A stretch of DNA of 41,192 nt from an uncultured Hyphomicrobium sp. GTDB lineage: Bacteria > Pseudomonadota > Alphaproteobacteria > Rhizobiales > Hyphomicrobiaceae. The first letter of the stretch is position 1, and every line of letters begins with the position of its first letter. The DNA lies in assembly GCA_964557265.1 (NCBI GenBank), contig CAZKZT010000002.1, forward strand, positions 1-41,192, read 5' to 3'. Below the pieces are notes generated by a model. The model was not told the DNA's origin, made no database searches, and worked only from the letters and a program-made list of their open reading frames with translations. Below, in pieces: positions 29,018 through 38,838 of this stretch. The position numbers and the translations under genes were made by a program.

Positions 29018-29740
29018 ATGAGAACATTCCGGCACATCACGATCCTGACGGGGGCGGGCATATCTGCCGAATCCGGGATCTCGACGTTCCGTGACAAGGA
29101 TGGGATCTGGGCCAAGTACGATTACCGGGATGTGGCGACGCCGGAAGGTTTTGCCCGCAACCCGGAGCTTGTGCTCGATTTCTACAATATGCGGCGCAAG
29201 GCGAGCGGCGGCGCCAAGCCCAATGCGGCGCACTTTGCGTTGGCGCGGCTTGAGCAGAAATTCGACGGCCGCGTCGTCGTCGTGACGCAGAATGTCGACG
29301 CGCTCCACGAAGCGGCGGGCACGCAGAACCTCATCCACATGCACGGCGAGCACCAGCAGGCGCTGTGCGCGCTGTGCGGCGCGCGCCATCCGTGGAAGCC
29401 GGAGTCATCCCCCGACCTCAGCGTTACGCTCGCCTGTCCGAGCTGCGGGGTGAGCGGCGGGATGCGGCCCGACGTCGTGTGGTTCGGCGAGATGCCCTAT
29501 CACATGGGGCGGATAGCGGAGGAGCTTGCCCGCACGGACCTCTTCATCTCCATCGGGACGAGCGGCAACGTCTATCCGGCGGCGGGCTTCGTTGCCGAGG
29601 CGCGCGACCGTGGCGCCCGCACTGTCGAGCTGAACCTCGAGCCGTCGCAAGGTTCGAGCCTGTTCGATGAAGCGATCCACGGTCGGGCGTCGGAGATCGT
29701 GCCCGCGTACGTTGAGCGGCTGCTCGCCGGGACGGCATGA
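29018..29740 (+). CDS. cobB: NAD-dependent protein deacylase (sirtuin, class III)
   Basis: GAGISAESGISTFR, FYNMRR, TQNVD, HMHG, CxxC...CxxC, RPDVVWFGE, GTSGNVYPAA. Confidence 0.9.
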   Translation: MRTFRHITILTGAGISAESGISTFRDKDGIWAKYDYRDVATPEGFARNPELVLDFYNMRRKASGGAKPNAAHFALARLEQKFDGRVVVVTQNVDALHEAAGTQNLIHMHGEHQQALCALCGARHPWKPESSPDLSVTLACPSCGVSGGMRPDVVWFGEMPYHMGRIAEELARTDLFISIGTSGNVYPAAGFVAEARDRGARTVELNLEPSQGSSLFDEAIHGRASEIVPAYVERLLAGTA

Positions 29741-29851
29741 AGCCCATTGTAAACGCCGGCTCTGGCACCGCGGCGACCGTCCGCGCGTACTGGTCATTTC
29801 GGTCAATACCTGCGATAAGGCCAACCGGTCGGCGGGCTACGGATCAACGGT

Positions 29852-30571
29852 ATGACTTTGGACGAGTACAAGCGTACGGCGGCGCGCGGCGCCATCGAGC
29901 AGGTGGCTTCCGGCATGCGGCTGGGGCTCGGCACGGGCTCGACGGCGGCCCACTTCGTCGATCTCCTGGGCGAGCGCGTGCAAAGCGGGCTCGACGTGAT
30001 CTGCGTCCCGACGTCCGAAGCCACGCGCGCGCAGGCCGCGCGCCTCGGCATCCGCCTCACCACCCTCGACGAGACGCCGCTCCTGGACCTGACGGTCGAC
30101 GGCGCCGATGAGTTCGACAGCGCTCTGCGTCTTATCAAGGGCGGCGGCGGCGCGCTGCTACGCGAAAAGATTGTCGCGGCTGCGTCCGAGCGGCTGATCA
30201 TCATCGCGGACCACACCAAGCGGGTCGAACGGTTGGGCGCCTTTGCGCTCCCCGTCGAGGTCGTGCGTTTCGGCTATACGGCGACGCGCAACATGATCAG
30301 TATCCTCTCGGCCGATCTCGGCTGCCATGGTGAGATCCGCTTGCGGCTCGGAGCCGACCGTCAGCCCTATGTGACGGATGGCGGCAACTACATCTTTGAC
30401 TGCGCCTTCAAGCGCATTGATGAGCCGGAGCGGCTCGATGAAGCGCTGAAGCACATTCCGGGCGTCGTCGAGAATGGGCTGTTCCTCGGCCTCGCCGACA
30501 TGGCGTTCGTCGCGGGCCCTGAAGGCATCGTCGTGATCGAGACCGAGCCGGTCGAGGACGACGCACGCTAG
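29852..30571 (+). CDS. rpiA: Ribose-5-phosphate isomerase A
   Basis: [40 protein letters not shown]. Confidence 0.97.
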   Translation: MTLDEYKRTAARGAIEQVASGMRLGLGTGSTAAHFVDLLGERVQSGLDVICVPTSEATRAQAARLGIRLTTLDETPLLDLTVDGADEFDSALRLIKGGGGALLREKIVAAASERLIIIADHTKRVERLGAFALPVEVVRFGYTATRNMISILSADLGCHGEIRLRLGADRQPYVTDGGNYIFDCAFKRIDEPERLDEALKHIPGVVENGLFLGLADMAFVAGPEGIVVIETEPVEDDAR

Positions 30572-30609
30572 GACCGTCGTCGAACCACTGTCGACAAAGG
30601 AGTGCACCG

Positions 30610-30725
30610 ATGGGCCGTGCCTGCCACTTCATGATGGCGATGCTGCTCTGTGTGGCGCGCGGATCGGTGCCGAGATCGATGCGGAGATGCGACGCGAACT
30701 CAGGAAGCGCGGCGTCGACCTGTGA
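30610..30725 (+). pseudogene. Internally deleted DUF2059-like gene remnant
   Basis: SD AAGGAG + ATG 30610 gives a signal-peptide-like MGRACHFMMAMLLCVA. A different frame gives GARIGAEIDAEMRRELRKRGVDL-TGA (30654-30725). Position is between rpiA and gor. Confidence 0.6.
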
Positions 30726-30734
30726 GGAATGACG

Positions 30735-32117
30735 ATGACGGCCTACGACTATGATCTGTTCGTGATCGGTGCCGGCTCGGGCGGCGTGCGCGCGGCGCGT
30801 ATTGCTGCCGGTCACGGCGCCAAGGTAGGGATCGCGGAAGAGTTCCGCTATGGCGGAACCTGCGTGATCCGTGGCTGCGTGCCGAAGAAGCTGCTCGTCT
30901 ACGCAAGCCGTTTCGCCGACGATTTCGCGGATGCAGCCGGGTATGGCTGGTCGGTCGGCGATCCGACGTTTGATTGGGCGACGCTGATCGCCAACAAGGA
31001 CAAAGAGATCGATCGTCTCGAAGGCGCCTACCGTGGCGGCCTCGAGCGTGCCGGCGTGACGATGCATAAGACGCGCGCCGTGCTGACCGGGCCGCATTCG
31101 GTGCGTCTGGCCGACAGCGGGAAGGAGATCACCGCGAAGGTTATTCTCGTCGCGACGGGCGGGCGTGCGAATGTCGACGAGAAGCTTCCGGGCGTCGAGC
31201 ACGCGATCACCTCGAACGAGGCGTTTCATCTGAAGGAGCTGCCGAAGCGGGTCATTATCGCGGGCGGCGGGTACATCTCAGTCGAGTTCGCAGGCATCTT
31301 CGCAGGGCTCGGTGCCGAGACGACGCTGATCTACCGCCGCGACAAGATCCTGCGCGGCTTCGATGAAGACCTGCGCGACGGGTTGACCGAAGAGTACGCC
31401 AAGCGCGGTATCAAGATCCTCACCGGCGAGGTTTTCACGAAGCTCGAGAAAACCGCGGGCGGGATCACCGCGTACTGCTCAAGCGGCGGCAAGCTCGAAG
31501 TCGACCAGGTGATGTTCGCGATCGGACGCACGCCCAATACGGCGGGTCTCGGACTCGAGGCGGCAGGTGTTGCGCTCGGAAAGAGCGGCGAAATCATCGT
31601 CGACAGGAACCAGCGCACGAATGTCGAGAGCATCTATGCGGTCGGCGACGTCGCGAACCATCACAACCTGACGCCGGTGGCGATCCGCGAAGGCCACGCC
31701 TTCGCCGACAGCATGTTCGGGGGCAAGCCGCGCACTGTCAGCTACGACATGATCCCGACCGCCGTCTTCTCGACACCCGAAATCGGCACCGTGGGTATGC
31801 CTGAGCACGAGGCGGCCAAGCGTCCCGGCGGCATCGACATCTACAAGGCGCGCTTCCGGCCGATGAAGGTGACGATGACCGGCCGCGACGAGCGGATGCT
31901 GATGAAACTCATCGTCGAGCGTGCAACCGACCGCGTCCTCGGATGTCATGTTCTCGGCCCCGATGCGGGTGAGATTGTGCAGATGGCGGCGATTGCCATG
32001 CGCATGGGTGCCACTAAAGCCGATTTCGACGCGACGATGGCGCTGCATCCGAGTGCGGCTGAAGAGCTGGTAACCATGCGCGAAAAATGGACACCGCCCA
32101 CGCAGGCTGCGGAGTAA
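30735..32117 (+). CDS. gor: Glutathione-disulfide reductase
   Basis: VIGAGSGG, GGTCVIRGCVPKK redox disulfide, GGGYI, LTPVAIREG, HPSAAEE. Start 30735 or 30729. Confidence 0.96.
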   Translation: MTAYDYDLFVIGAGSGGVRAARIAAGHGAKVGIAEEFRYGGTCVIRGCVPKKLLVYASRFADDFADAAGYGWSVGDPTFDWATLIANKDKEIDRLEGAYRGGLERAGVTMHKTRAVLTGPHSVRLADSGKEITAKVILVATGGRANVDEKLPGVEHAITSNEAFHLKELPKRVIIAGGGYISVEFAGIFAGLGAETTLIYRRDKILRGFDEDLRDGLTEEYAKRGIKILTGEVFTKLEKTAGGITAYCSSGGKLEVDQVMFAIGRTPNTAGLGLEAAGVALGKSGEIIVDRNQRTNVESIYAVGDVANHHNLTPVAIREGHAFADSMFGGKPRTVSYDMIPTAVFSTPEIGTVGMPEHEAAKRPGGIDIYKARFRPMKVTMTGRDERMLMKLIVERATDRVLGCHVLGPDAGEIVQMAAIAMRMGATKADFDATMALHPSAAEELVTMREKWTPPTQAAE

Positions 32118-32154
32118 CTTGCCGCCGGTTCGAAAGGCTTGAAGGCATTCACGC

Positions 32155-32907
32155 ATGCGGCTTGAAGGACGAATTGCGCTGGTGACTGGCGCGGGCAACG
32201 GCATCGGCCGCGCGGTGGCTGAGGTGTTCGCCGGTGAAGGCGCGCACGTCTACGTCAGCGATGTCGATGGGGCTGCCGCGGACAGCGTCGTCGCCGCACT
32301 GCGCGAGGCTGGCCGCAACGCCACCGCCGTCGCGTGCGATGTCTCGCGCGGGCAGGATGTGGCAGCGCTGTTCCGCGCGGTCGAGAGCGCACACGGCAAG
32401 CTCGATGTTCTGGTCAACAACGCCGGTCTCAACGTGCGGGGCGATTTCCGCCACCTCTCCGACGCTGATTGGGTCAAGATCCGCGAAGTGAATCTCGATG
32501 GCGTGGTGCGCGTCGCGCGCGATGGCTTCGAACTACTCAAGGCATCGGGGCGCGGTTCGCTCGTCAATCTTGCGTCAATCATGAGCCATCGCGGCCTGCG
32601 CCAGCTTGCCGCCTACTCCGCGACCAAGGGTGCGGTGTCGGCGTTGACGCGCGCACTCGCGGTCGAGTACGCGCCCTTCAACATTCGCGTCAACGCGCTG
32701 GCGCCGGGCTTCGTCGAAACCGCGCTCACCAGCCGCGTTCTGCGCAACCCGATGATCGCGAAGGCACTGATCGATCAGACGCCGCTGCGCCGTTTCGGAG
32801 CGCCGGAAGAGATCGCGCGCGCGGCACTGTTCTTCGCGAGCGACGATAGCTCGTTTGTGACTGGTGCGGAAATCGCTGTCGATGGCGGCATGGCGGCGGG
32901 ACTCTAA
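32155..32907 (+). CDS. SDR family oxidoreductase
   Basis: TGAGNGIG, NNAG, YSATK, PG..ET, VDGG. Confidence 0.94.
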   Translation: MRLEGRIALVTGAGNGIGRAVAEVFAGEGAHVYVSDVDGAAADSVVAALREAGRNATAVACDVSRGQDVAALFRAVESAHGKLDVLVNNAGLNVRGDFRHLSDADWVKIREVNLDGVVRVARDGFELLKASGRGSLVNLASIMSHRGLRQLAAYSATKGAVSALTRALAVEYAPFNIRVNALAPGFVETALTSRVLRNPMIAKALIDQTPLRRFGAPEEIARAALFFASDDSSFVTGAEIAVDGGMAAGL

Positions 32908-33938
32908 CCCGCTTTCCGCCGCACCATCATCTTGGCGAGGAATGCCGTTGCCTCCTCATCTGCGACGAGACCCGCGTCGTTGAACACGCCATCGAGATTG
33001 TCGATGGCGTAGTGGCGATAGTACGGTTCGTGAAAACGCGCCGGGAACGCCTCGAGCAGACCATCCCAGCCCGGCCGGTCGCCGATCTGCAGGCTATCGA
33101 TGAAGACGAGCAATCCGCCGGGCTTGAGCACGCGCGCCATCTCGGCGGTGACGATGCGGCGCACCTCGGGCGGCAGTTCGTGGAACAGGAAGACAGTGGT
33201 GACGATGTCCTGGCTCGCGTCCGGTAGCGGTATCGTCTCGGCATTCGCCGCGACCCATTCGACCGGGCGCAAACCTTTCAGGTGACGCTGCGCCTCCTCC
33301 AGATAGGGCCGCGACAGATCGAGCCCCGTCAGCTTCATCGCCGGATAGGCAAGCCGTACGGCACGCAGGAAGCGCCCCGTGCCGCAAGCGACATCGAGGA
33401 GGCGCACCTGCCGCTGGTCGCGCCCGCGCATGAATTTCGCGATCGGCCGCAAACCCTGGCGGCGCATCGCGCCCGCCGCGCCATAGAACAGCGTCTCGAC
33501 CTGGAGGTCGTAGAGCTTTGCGGAGTCGTCGGTGAGATAGCCGCCGGTCTGAAAATGGAAATCCTGCACGAAATAGTCGGGAAGATCGTCGCGCGCCTCT
33601 GTCGAGGCGGTCGAGGCGTCACGCGCGTTACGGCGGGCATGCGCCGATGGTAGATCGGCGAGCATGTCGCGGATGCGTTTGAGCTGCACAGGCAGCGGCG
33701 GCTCATCGCTGATCGGGGGATACAGGCCATCGCGCACGGCGGCGGCGTCCTGCATCAGCAGCGCGACGAGATCGCGCAGCAGTTCGGCCTGCGAGGGGAT
33801 CGCACCGCGCGGTTTCTCGATCGGCTCACGGCCGAGCGCGCTGGTGCGCCAGTCGACGAGCCGGTTGAGCCCAAGATAGAGGCCGAACCGCACCGCTTGC
33901 CCGGCCGCCTGCGCGGCCATGCCGATCGTATCAGCCAT
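32904..33938 (-). CDS. Class I SAM-dependent methyltransferase
   Basis: LLDVACGTG, NAETIP, FLFHELP, RVLKPGG; FHFQTGGYL family motif. Confidence 0.9.
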   Translation of the reverse strand: MADTIGMAAQAAGQAVRFGLYLGLNRLVDWRTSALGREPIEKPRGAIPSQAELLRDLVALLMQDAAAVRDGLYPPISDEPPLPVQLKRIRDMLADLPSAHARRNARDASTASTEARDDLPDYFVQDFHFQTGGYLTDDSAKLYDLQVETLFYGAAGAMRRQGLRPIAKFMRGRDQRQVRLLDVACGTGRFLRAVRLAYPAMKLTGLDLSRPYLEEAQRHLKGLRPVEWVAANAETIPLPDASQDIVTTVFLFHELPPEVRRIVTAEMARVLKPGGLLVFIDSLQIGDRPGWDGLLEAFPARFHEPYYRHYAIDNLDGVFNDAGLVADEEATAFLAKMMVRRKAG

Positions 33939-33950
33939 CGCGTGCTCCGT

Positions 33951-35081
33951 TCATCTCTGCTCGCGCAGGAACGCCAGGATATGCCGCGCGGTTTCCTGCG
34001 GTTGCTCCTGCTGCACCCAGTGGCCGGCGCCTTCGATGAGATGCACCGCGCCCATCCGCGTGCACGCCTCTTTCTGCATCCGCTCGATCGCGCCCGGCAC
34101 CTGATGGATGCCCCAGTCGCTTCGTCCTGCGATGAAGCACGACGGTATGTCGATCGTGCGGCCGGACAGCAGCTCCACCTCCGGCAGCAGGCGCGGCTCG
34201 ACACGCGCGCGATACCAGTTGAGCCCGCCCTGGAACGTCGTGCGGCCGTACTCCTCCGCAAAGACGCGCATCTCCGCTTCCGGCATCCAGTTGCACGCGG
34301 CGATCTCGGCCGCGCCGGGCATCACCTTGGCGACCGTCTCCGCCATCCCGTCAGCGAGGTCCATGACGTAGTAGGTCGGCATCTTGGCGAGTTCATCCGC
34401 CGTCCAGCCAGCGAGGCGATGGGGCTTGTTGTCCTGCCAATCGGCACTCTTGTGATGGAAGTAGGCGCGCAGGAACGCGTGCACGCCCTGTGTTGCGCCA
34501 TGCATGTTCGGGTTGGCCTCGCGCGTGCAGTAGTAGGCTTGGTAGTGCTTGCGGGGGCGCGGCAGTCCGGCCAGCGTCTCGTGGATGCTCGGGCCCCGCG
34601 AACCAGGTCCGCTCGCGATTGCGGGAGGGCCCGAGAACGGCGCACTCATGAGGATCATCGAGCGGAAGAGATCGGGCCTCAGCAGGGCGCCGAAGGCTGT
34701 GACCGTGGCGCCGAAGTCGTGACCGATGATCGAGGCGACCTCGCGGATGCCGAGCGCGTGAAGAAGTCCGACGACATCGCGCACGAGGTTGAAGGGGCGG
34801 AATGGGGCGAGATCGGCGTCGTAGCGGTCATCTGAGCCGGTGGTGCGGCCGTAACCGCGTTGATCTGGCGCAATGACGTGGTAGCCGGCCGCGGCGAGTG
34901 TCGGCATGACCTTGCGCCAGCTGTAGGCGAGTTCGGGAAATCCGTGCAGCAGCAGCAGGCACGGCCGGCCACGCTCGCCGGCTTCGAGGACGTGCATCCG
35001 AAGGCCGTTGACGCCATCGATGAAGCGCGCACGGACGCCTGACGGCAGCGTTGCAGATTCGAGAGGCCCCAGTGCGGTCAT
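33951..35081 (-). CDS. Alpha/beta hydrolase, epoxide hydrolase-like
   Basis: HGFPEL..SW, APDQRGYG, nucleophile GHDFGA, LNWYR, GHWVQQE. Confidence 0.92.
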   Translation of the reverse strand: MTALGPLESATLPSGVRARFIDGVNGLRMHVLEAGERGRPCLLLLHGFPELAYSWRKVMPTLAAAGYHVIAPDQRGYGRTTGSDDRYDADLAPFRPFNLVRDVVGLLHALGIREVASIIGHDFGATVTAFGALLRPDLFRSMILMSAPFSGPPAIASGPGSRGPSIHETLAGLPRPRKHYQAYYCTREANPNMHGATQGVHAFLRAYFHHKSADWQDNKPHRLAGWTADELAKMPTYYVMDLADGMAETVAKVMPGAAEIAACNWMPEAEMRVFAEEYGRTTFQGGLNWYRARVEPRLLPEVELLSGRTIDIPSCFIAGRSDWGIHQVPGAIERMQKEACTRMGAVHLIEGAGHWVQQEQPQETARHILAFLREQR

Positions 35082-35149
35082 CGGGTGTTTCCTTCCTTTT
35101 GTTCGTAGCGCTATAGACCCTACACCAGAAAATCCGAGGAGACCCCGAT

Positions 35150-35953
35150 ATGAGCGATACCGCCACAGAAAACCCCGTCCTGTGGACCCTTGACGCCCGC
35201 GGCGTTGCCACGGTCACGCTCAATCGCCCCAAGGTCAACAACGCCTACAACGGCGCCATGATCCAGGGCTTGCATCAGGCCATGGATACGCTCGGTGGTG
35301 AGGCGGGGTTGCGGGTCGTCGTGCTCAAGGGGAACGGCAAGCACTTCCAGGCGGGTGCAGACCTCTCGTGGATCAACGGGGCCCGCGCGGGAACCCCGGC
35401 TGACAACCTCGTCGTGTCGCGTGCGACGGCGACCGCGGTCGATCGGCTCAACCGCCTGCCGGTTCCTGTCGTCGCGCTCGTCCAAGGCGGCTGCTTCGGT
35501 GGCGGCACGGGCGTCATCTCCGCCTGCGATGTCGTGATCGCCGCCGACAATGCGCTGTTCTCGATCACCGAGGTGCGTTGGGGCCTGCACGCGAGCATCA
35601 TCTTCCCGCAGCTCAACGATGCGATCGGTGTGCGTCAGGTGCGCCGCTACGCGCTGACAGGCGAACGCTTCGGCGCCGATGAAGCGCGCCGTATCGGGCT
35701 CGTGCACGAGGTGGTGCCGCTCGCCGATCTCGAGGCGCGTGGCGAGAAGATCATCTCGGCGCTGCTCGAGAATGCACCGGGCGCGATCGCCAAGACAAAG
35801 CAGCATATCCTCGAACACGCGTGGGGCGGCTTCGATGCACCGACCCTCGACGCGCTGATCCAGAGCCACTCCGATCAGCGCCAAACCGCAGAAGCGGCTG
35901 AGGGCTTGGCGTCGTTTGCCGAGAAGCGCAGCGCCCGTTGGGGGAAAGGCTGA
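35150..35953 (+). CDS. Enoyl-CoA hydratase (methylglutaconyl-CoA hydratase-like)
   Basis: LNRPKVNNA, FQAGADL, GGCFGGG, TEVRWG, EGLASFAEKR; SD GAGGAG. Confidence 0.92.
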   Translation: MSDTATENPVLWTLDARGVATVTLNRPKVNNAYNGAMIQGLHQAMDTLGGEAGLRVVVLKGNGKHFQAGADLSWINGARAGTPADNLVVSRATATAVDRLNRLPVPVVALVQGGCFGGGTGVISACDVVIAADNALFSITEVRWGLHASIIFPQLNDAIGVRQVRRYALTGERFGADEARRIGLVHEVVPLADLEARGEKIISALLENAPGAIAKTKQHILEHAWGGFDAPTLDALIQSHSDQRQTAEAAEGLASFAEKRSARWGKG

Positions 35954-35986
35954 ACGGTCCCCGCACGCGTCCGTACATCTGCGGAT

Positions 35987-36003
35987 CGTTCATTGCGCGT
36001 TCA
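35987..36003 (+). promoter_or_regulatory. OmpR/PhoP-type direct repeat (candidate FeuP autoregulatory box)
   Basis: CGTTCA-TTGCG-CGTTCA with an 11-bp period, 25 nt before the first gene of the module. Confidence 0.5.
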
Positions 36004-36027
36004 CGCCTCGCGCACTAGTGTCCCGCC

Positions 36028-36402
36028 ATGATGACACTCGGATTGCGATCGATTTCGGCGCTGAGCGCGGTCGTTCTGTTTGCAGTGCTGTTTGCCACGT
36101 TGGCACTGACACCGGCTCCCGCCGCGATCGGGCAGTCGGTGCGCTGCTTCGACGACTGGTCGGACGCGGCGCCGATCGTGCTCCGGGAGCGGCTGGTGCC
36201 GGCCCGTGATCTGCATTCCTGGGCGCGCAAGCGTCTGAAAAGTAAAGTTATTCGGGTCACTCTCTGTCAGGACGGTGACCGCTATATATACCGGTTGCTG
36301 GTCCGCGGGCCCAAGGGGCGTATCCGCAACCGGACGGTCGAGGCACGGGGCCCGCTGGAGCTGAGCGAGCCAGCAAAGCCCGCCAAGACCCACAAGCGCT
36401 GA
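36028..36402 (+). CDS. Small exported PepSY-like protein (FeuN-like)
   Basis: Signal peptide; two Cys (CFDDW..A, VTLC); YIYRLLV...G....V.A. Upstream of the response regulator/kinase pair. Confidence 0.7.
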   Translation: MMTLGLRSISALSAVVLFAVLFATLALTPAPAAIGQSVRCFDDWSDAAPIVLRERLVPARDLHSWARKRLKSKVIRVTLCQDGDRYIYRLLVRGPKGRIRNRTVEARGPLELSEPAKPAKTHKR

Positions 36403-36594
36403 CCAGCGCGCGACAGTCCCGCCGAACCAAATTTTGCCCTGCTGCGACGGAACGATGCGGCGGCGTGCGTTGGTGCGCACGACAACGATAGGATTTCCCC
36501 CGCGGGCTCGCTAGAATGCGCCGGTTCCGGTTCCGACCGTGTTCGGCGATCTTCAGGTATGCGGGAGGCTTCTCAGATCATGGGGCGAGACGCC

Positions 36595-37266
36595 ATGCGC
36601 GTGCTAGTCGTCGAGGACGATCCCGACCTCAATCGTCAGCTGTCGACGGCGCTGGTCGATGCGGGATATGCGGTTGATTGCGCGCACGACGGTGAAGAGG
36701 GCTACTTCCTCGGTGACACCGAACCCTACGACATCGTGATCCTCGACATCGGCCTGCCGAAGAAGGACGGCATCAGCGTCCTCGAACAGTGGCGCCGCGC
36801 CGAGCGTAACATGCCGGTGATCCTGCTCACCGCGCGCGATCGCTGGAGCGACAAGGTGCAGGGCATGGATGCCGGCGCCGACGACTATCTCGCGAAACCT
36901 TTCCACATGGAGGAGTTGCTCGCGCGCATCCGCGCGCAGGTGCGCCGTCTTTCAGGGCACGCGCGCAGCGAGATCGAGGTTGGCACGCTGCGCCTCGACA
37001 CCAAGACGGCGCGCGTGACGCTATCCGGCCAGCCGGTGAAGCTCACGTCGCACGAGTACCGCCTGCTCGCCTACATGATGCACCACAACGAGCGCGTCGT
37101 GTCGCGCACCGAGCTCGTCGAACATCTCTACGACCAGGACTTCGATCGCGACTCGAATACGATCGAGGTGTTCATCGGTCGTTTGCGGCGCAAGATCCCG
37201 CCCGAGATGATCAAGACCGTGCGCGGGCTCGGCTATCGCCTGACGCGTGAGGGCGATGAAGCTTAA
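36595..37266 (+). CDS. feuP: OmpR/PhoP-family response regulator (FeuP-like)
   Basis: MRVLVVEDD, FLGDTEPYD, LTARDRWSDKV.G.DAGADDY, HLYDQDFDRDSNTIEVF, TVRGLGY. Confidence 0.85.
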   Translation: MRVLVVEDDPDLNRQLSTALVDAGYAVDCAHDGEEGYFLGDTEPYDIVILDIGLPKKDGISVLEQWRRAERNMPVILLTARDRWSDKVQGMDAGADDYLAKPFHMEELLARIRAQVRRLSGHARSEIEVGTLRLDTKTARVTLSGQPVKLTSHEYRLLAYMMHHNERVVSRTELVEHLYDQDFDRDSNTIEVFIGRLRRKIPPEMIKTVRGLGYRLTREGDEA

Positions 37267-38638
37267 CTCGCTCGCGTTCCGCCTGTTTGCGACTGCGGCG
37301 GTGTGGACGCTGCTCATTCTTCCCGTGGCAGGACTGGCGATCGATTACGTGCGCCAGCGCGAGCTCGCCTCCGCGCACGATGCGCGTCTCAGCCAGCTTC
37401 TCACACTCGTCATTGCCTACAGTACCGACGAGGGCGGATCCGAGCCGCGCTTTCCGCGCAACGTCGGCGAGCCGCTGTTCGAAGTGACGCATTCGGGCTG
37501 GTACTGGCAGATCACGCCGCTCGGATCGAGTTCCGGCCGCCGCATGGTGTCGGCATCGCTCGCAAGCGAGATCCTGGCGCTGCCGTCGCTCGCCGGGGTG
37601 AAGGTCGACTCCAACAATATTCGCTGGACGGATGCGACCGGGCCGATCGGCGAGCCGCTGCGCGTCGGAGAAACCGTCTTCAATCTCGGCGACGACGAGG
37701 TGCCGAAGAATTACTCTTATGTCGTGGCGGGCAACCAGGACTTCGTCGAAACACGCATCGACGAGTTTCGCCTGCCGCTGATCATGGCGCTCGCACTCGC
37801 CGGGCTGGGTCTTGTTGGCGCGACGTTCGTCCAGGTGCGCTACGGCTTGAAGCCCCTGGCGCACATCGAGCGTGGCCTCGCCGACATTCGTTCGGGACGC
37901 GCGCAACGATTGGAGGGCGATCTTCCCGCCGAGATCGAACCGTTGCGCGCCGAACTCAACGCGCTGATCCGGGGTAATCAGGATACGATCGAGCGTGCCC
38001 GCACCCAGGTCGGCAATCTGGCGCATGCGCTGAAGACGCCGCTCGCCGTGATGATCAACGAGGCGCGCGAGGAACGCACGCCGTTCGGCAACAAGATCGT
38101 CGAGCAAGGCGAGATCATGCGCGACCAGGTCAACCACTACCTCGATCGCGCGCGCGTGGCAGCCCAGGTCGGCGTCATCGGCACGGTAACGGAGGTCGAG
38201 GGCGTCGCGCGGGCGCTCGTGCGGGCGGTCAGCCGCATCTATCGCGACCGCCACTTGGAGATCGTCATCGATTGTGCCCCGGGCGCCCGTTTCCGCGGTG
38301 AGCGCCAGGACCTCGAGGAAATGCTCGGCAACCTGCTCGACAACGCCTGCAAATGGGCGAGCAGCAAGGTGGTGCTGAAAGTCGCGGTTGCGGAGGGTGA
38401 TGCGCAGCGCCCCGGTTGGTCGCTGCAGATCTCTGTCGAGGACGACGGGCCGGGGCTGAACGCAGAACAGCGCGCCCAGGCGGTCAAGCGCGGCCGTCGC
38501 CTCGATGAGAGCAAGCCGGGGTCCGGCCTTGGCCTTTCGATCGTTGCTGATCTCGTCCAGGTTTACGGCGGCACGTTCACGCTGGAGGCCGCGCCTGCAG
38601 GAGGGCTCAGCGCGCGGCTGGTGTTGCCGGCCGTCTGA
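37256..38638 (+). CDS. feuQ: Sensor histidine kinase (FeuQ/PhoQ-like)
   Basis: Two TM, SGWYWQI, RARTQVGNLAHALKTPL, GNLLDNACKWA, RLDESKPGSGLGL. Upstream of ccmI. Confidence 0.85.
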   Translation: MKLNSLAFRLFATAAVWTLLILPVAGLAIDYVRQRELASAHDARLSQLLTLVIAYSTDEGGSEPRFPRNVGEPLFEVTHSGWYWQITPLGSSSGRRMVSASLASEILALPSLAGVKVDSNNIRWTDATGPIGEPLRVGETVFNLGDDEVPKNYSYVVAGNQDFVETRIDEFRLPLIMALALAGLGLVGATFVQVRYGLKPLAHIERGLADIRSGRAQRLEGDLPAEIEPLRAELNALIRGNQDTIERARTQVGNLAHALKTPLAVMINEAREERTPFGNKIVEQGEIMRDQVNHYLDRARVAAQVGVIGTVTEVEGVARALVRAVSRIYRDRHLEIVIDCAPGARFRGERQDLEEMLGNLLDNACKWASSKVVLKVAVAEGDAQRPGWSLQISVEDDGPGLNAEQRAQAVKRGRRLDESKPGSGLGLSIVADLVQVYGGTFTLEAAPAGGLSARLVLPAV

Positions 38639-38698
38639 GCGGGGCCACCGCGAGAATAAGGGCATTTCGGGCTGTCCCGGCCCGTTTGCGGCCCGACT

Positions 38699-38712
38699 TT
38701 GACCTTGCGCAA
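38699..38712. promoter_or_regulatory. Candidate FNR/FixK-type box upstream of ccmI
   Basis: TTGACCTTGCGCAA fits TTG(A/C)-N6-(T/G)CAA. Confidence 0.3.
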
Positions 38713-38838
38713 TTGCGACACTTGGACTTCATGCGAGGCGTGCCTTGCAACGGCCTTTCCCCGTCCTTATTGGAATCGTTAAACGGCGGTTGCCCAGCGG
38801 CCGCGTAGGCGGGATGCCCTGCCCGGCAAGAGGTGTTG

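Noticed and set aside
4084..38665. Long antisense or alternative-frame ORFs (e.g. 4084-5430, 12292-13578, 17273-18595, 20071-21237, 22845-24518, 37211-38665)
   Set aside because: Shadow ORFs expected in high-GC coding DNA; they overlap well-supported genes and show no motifs.
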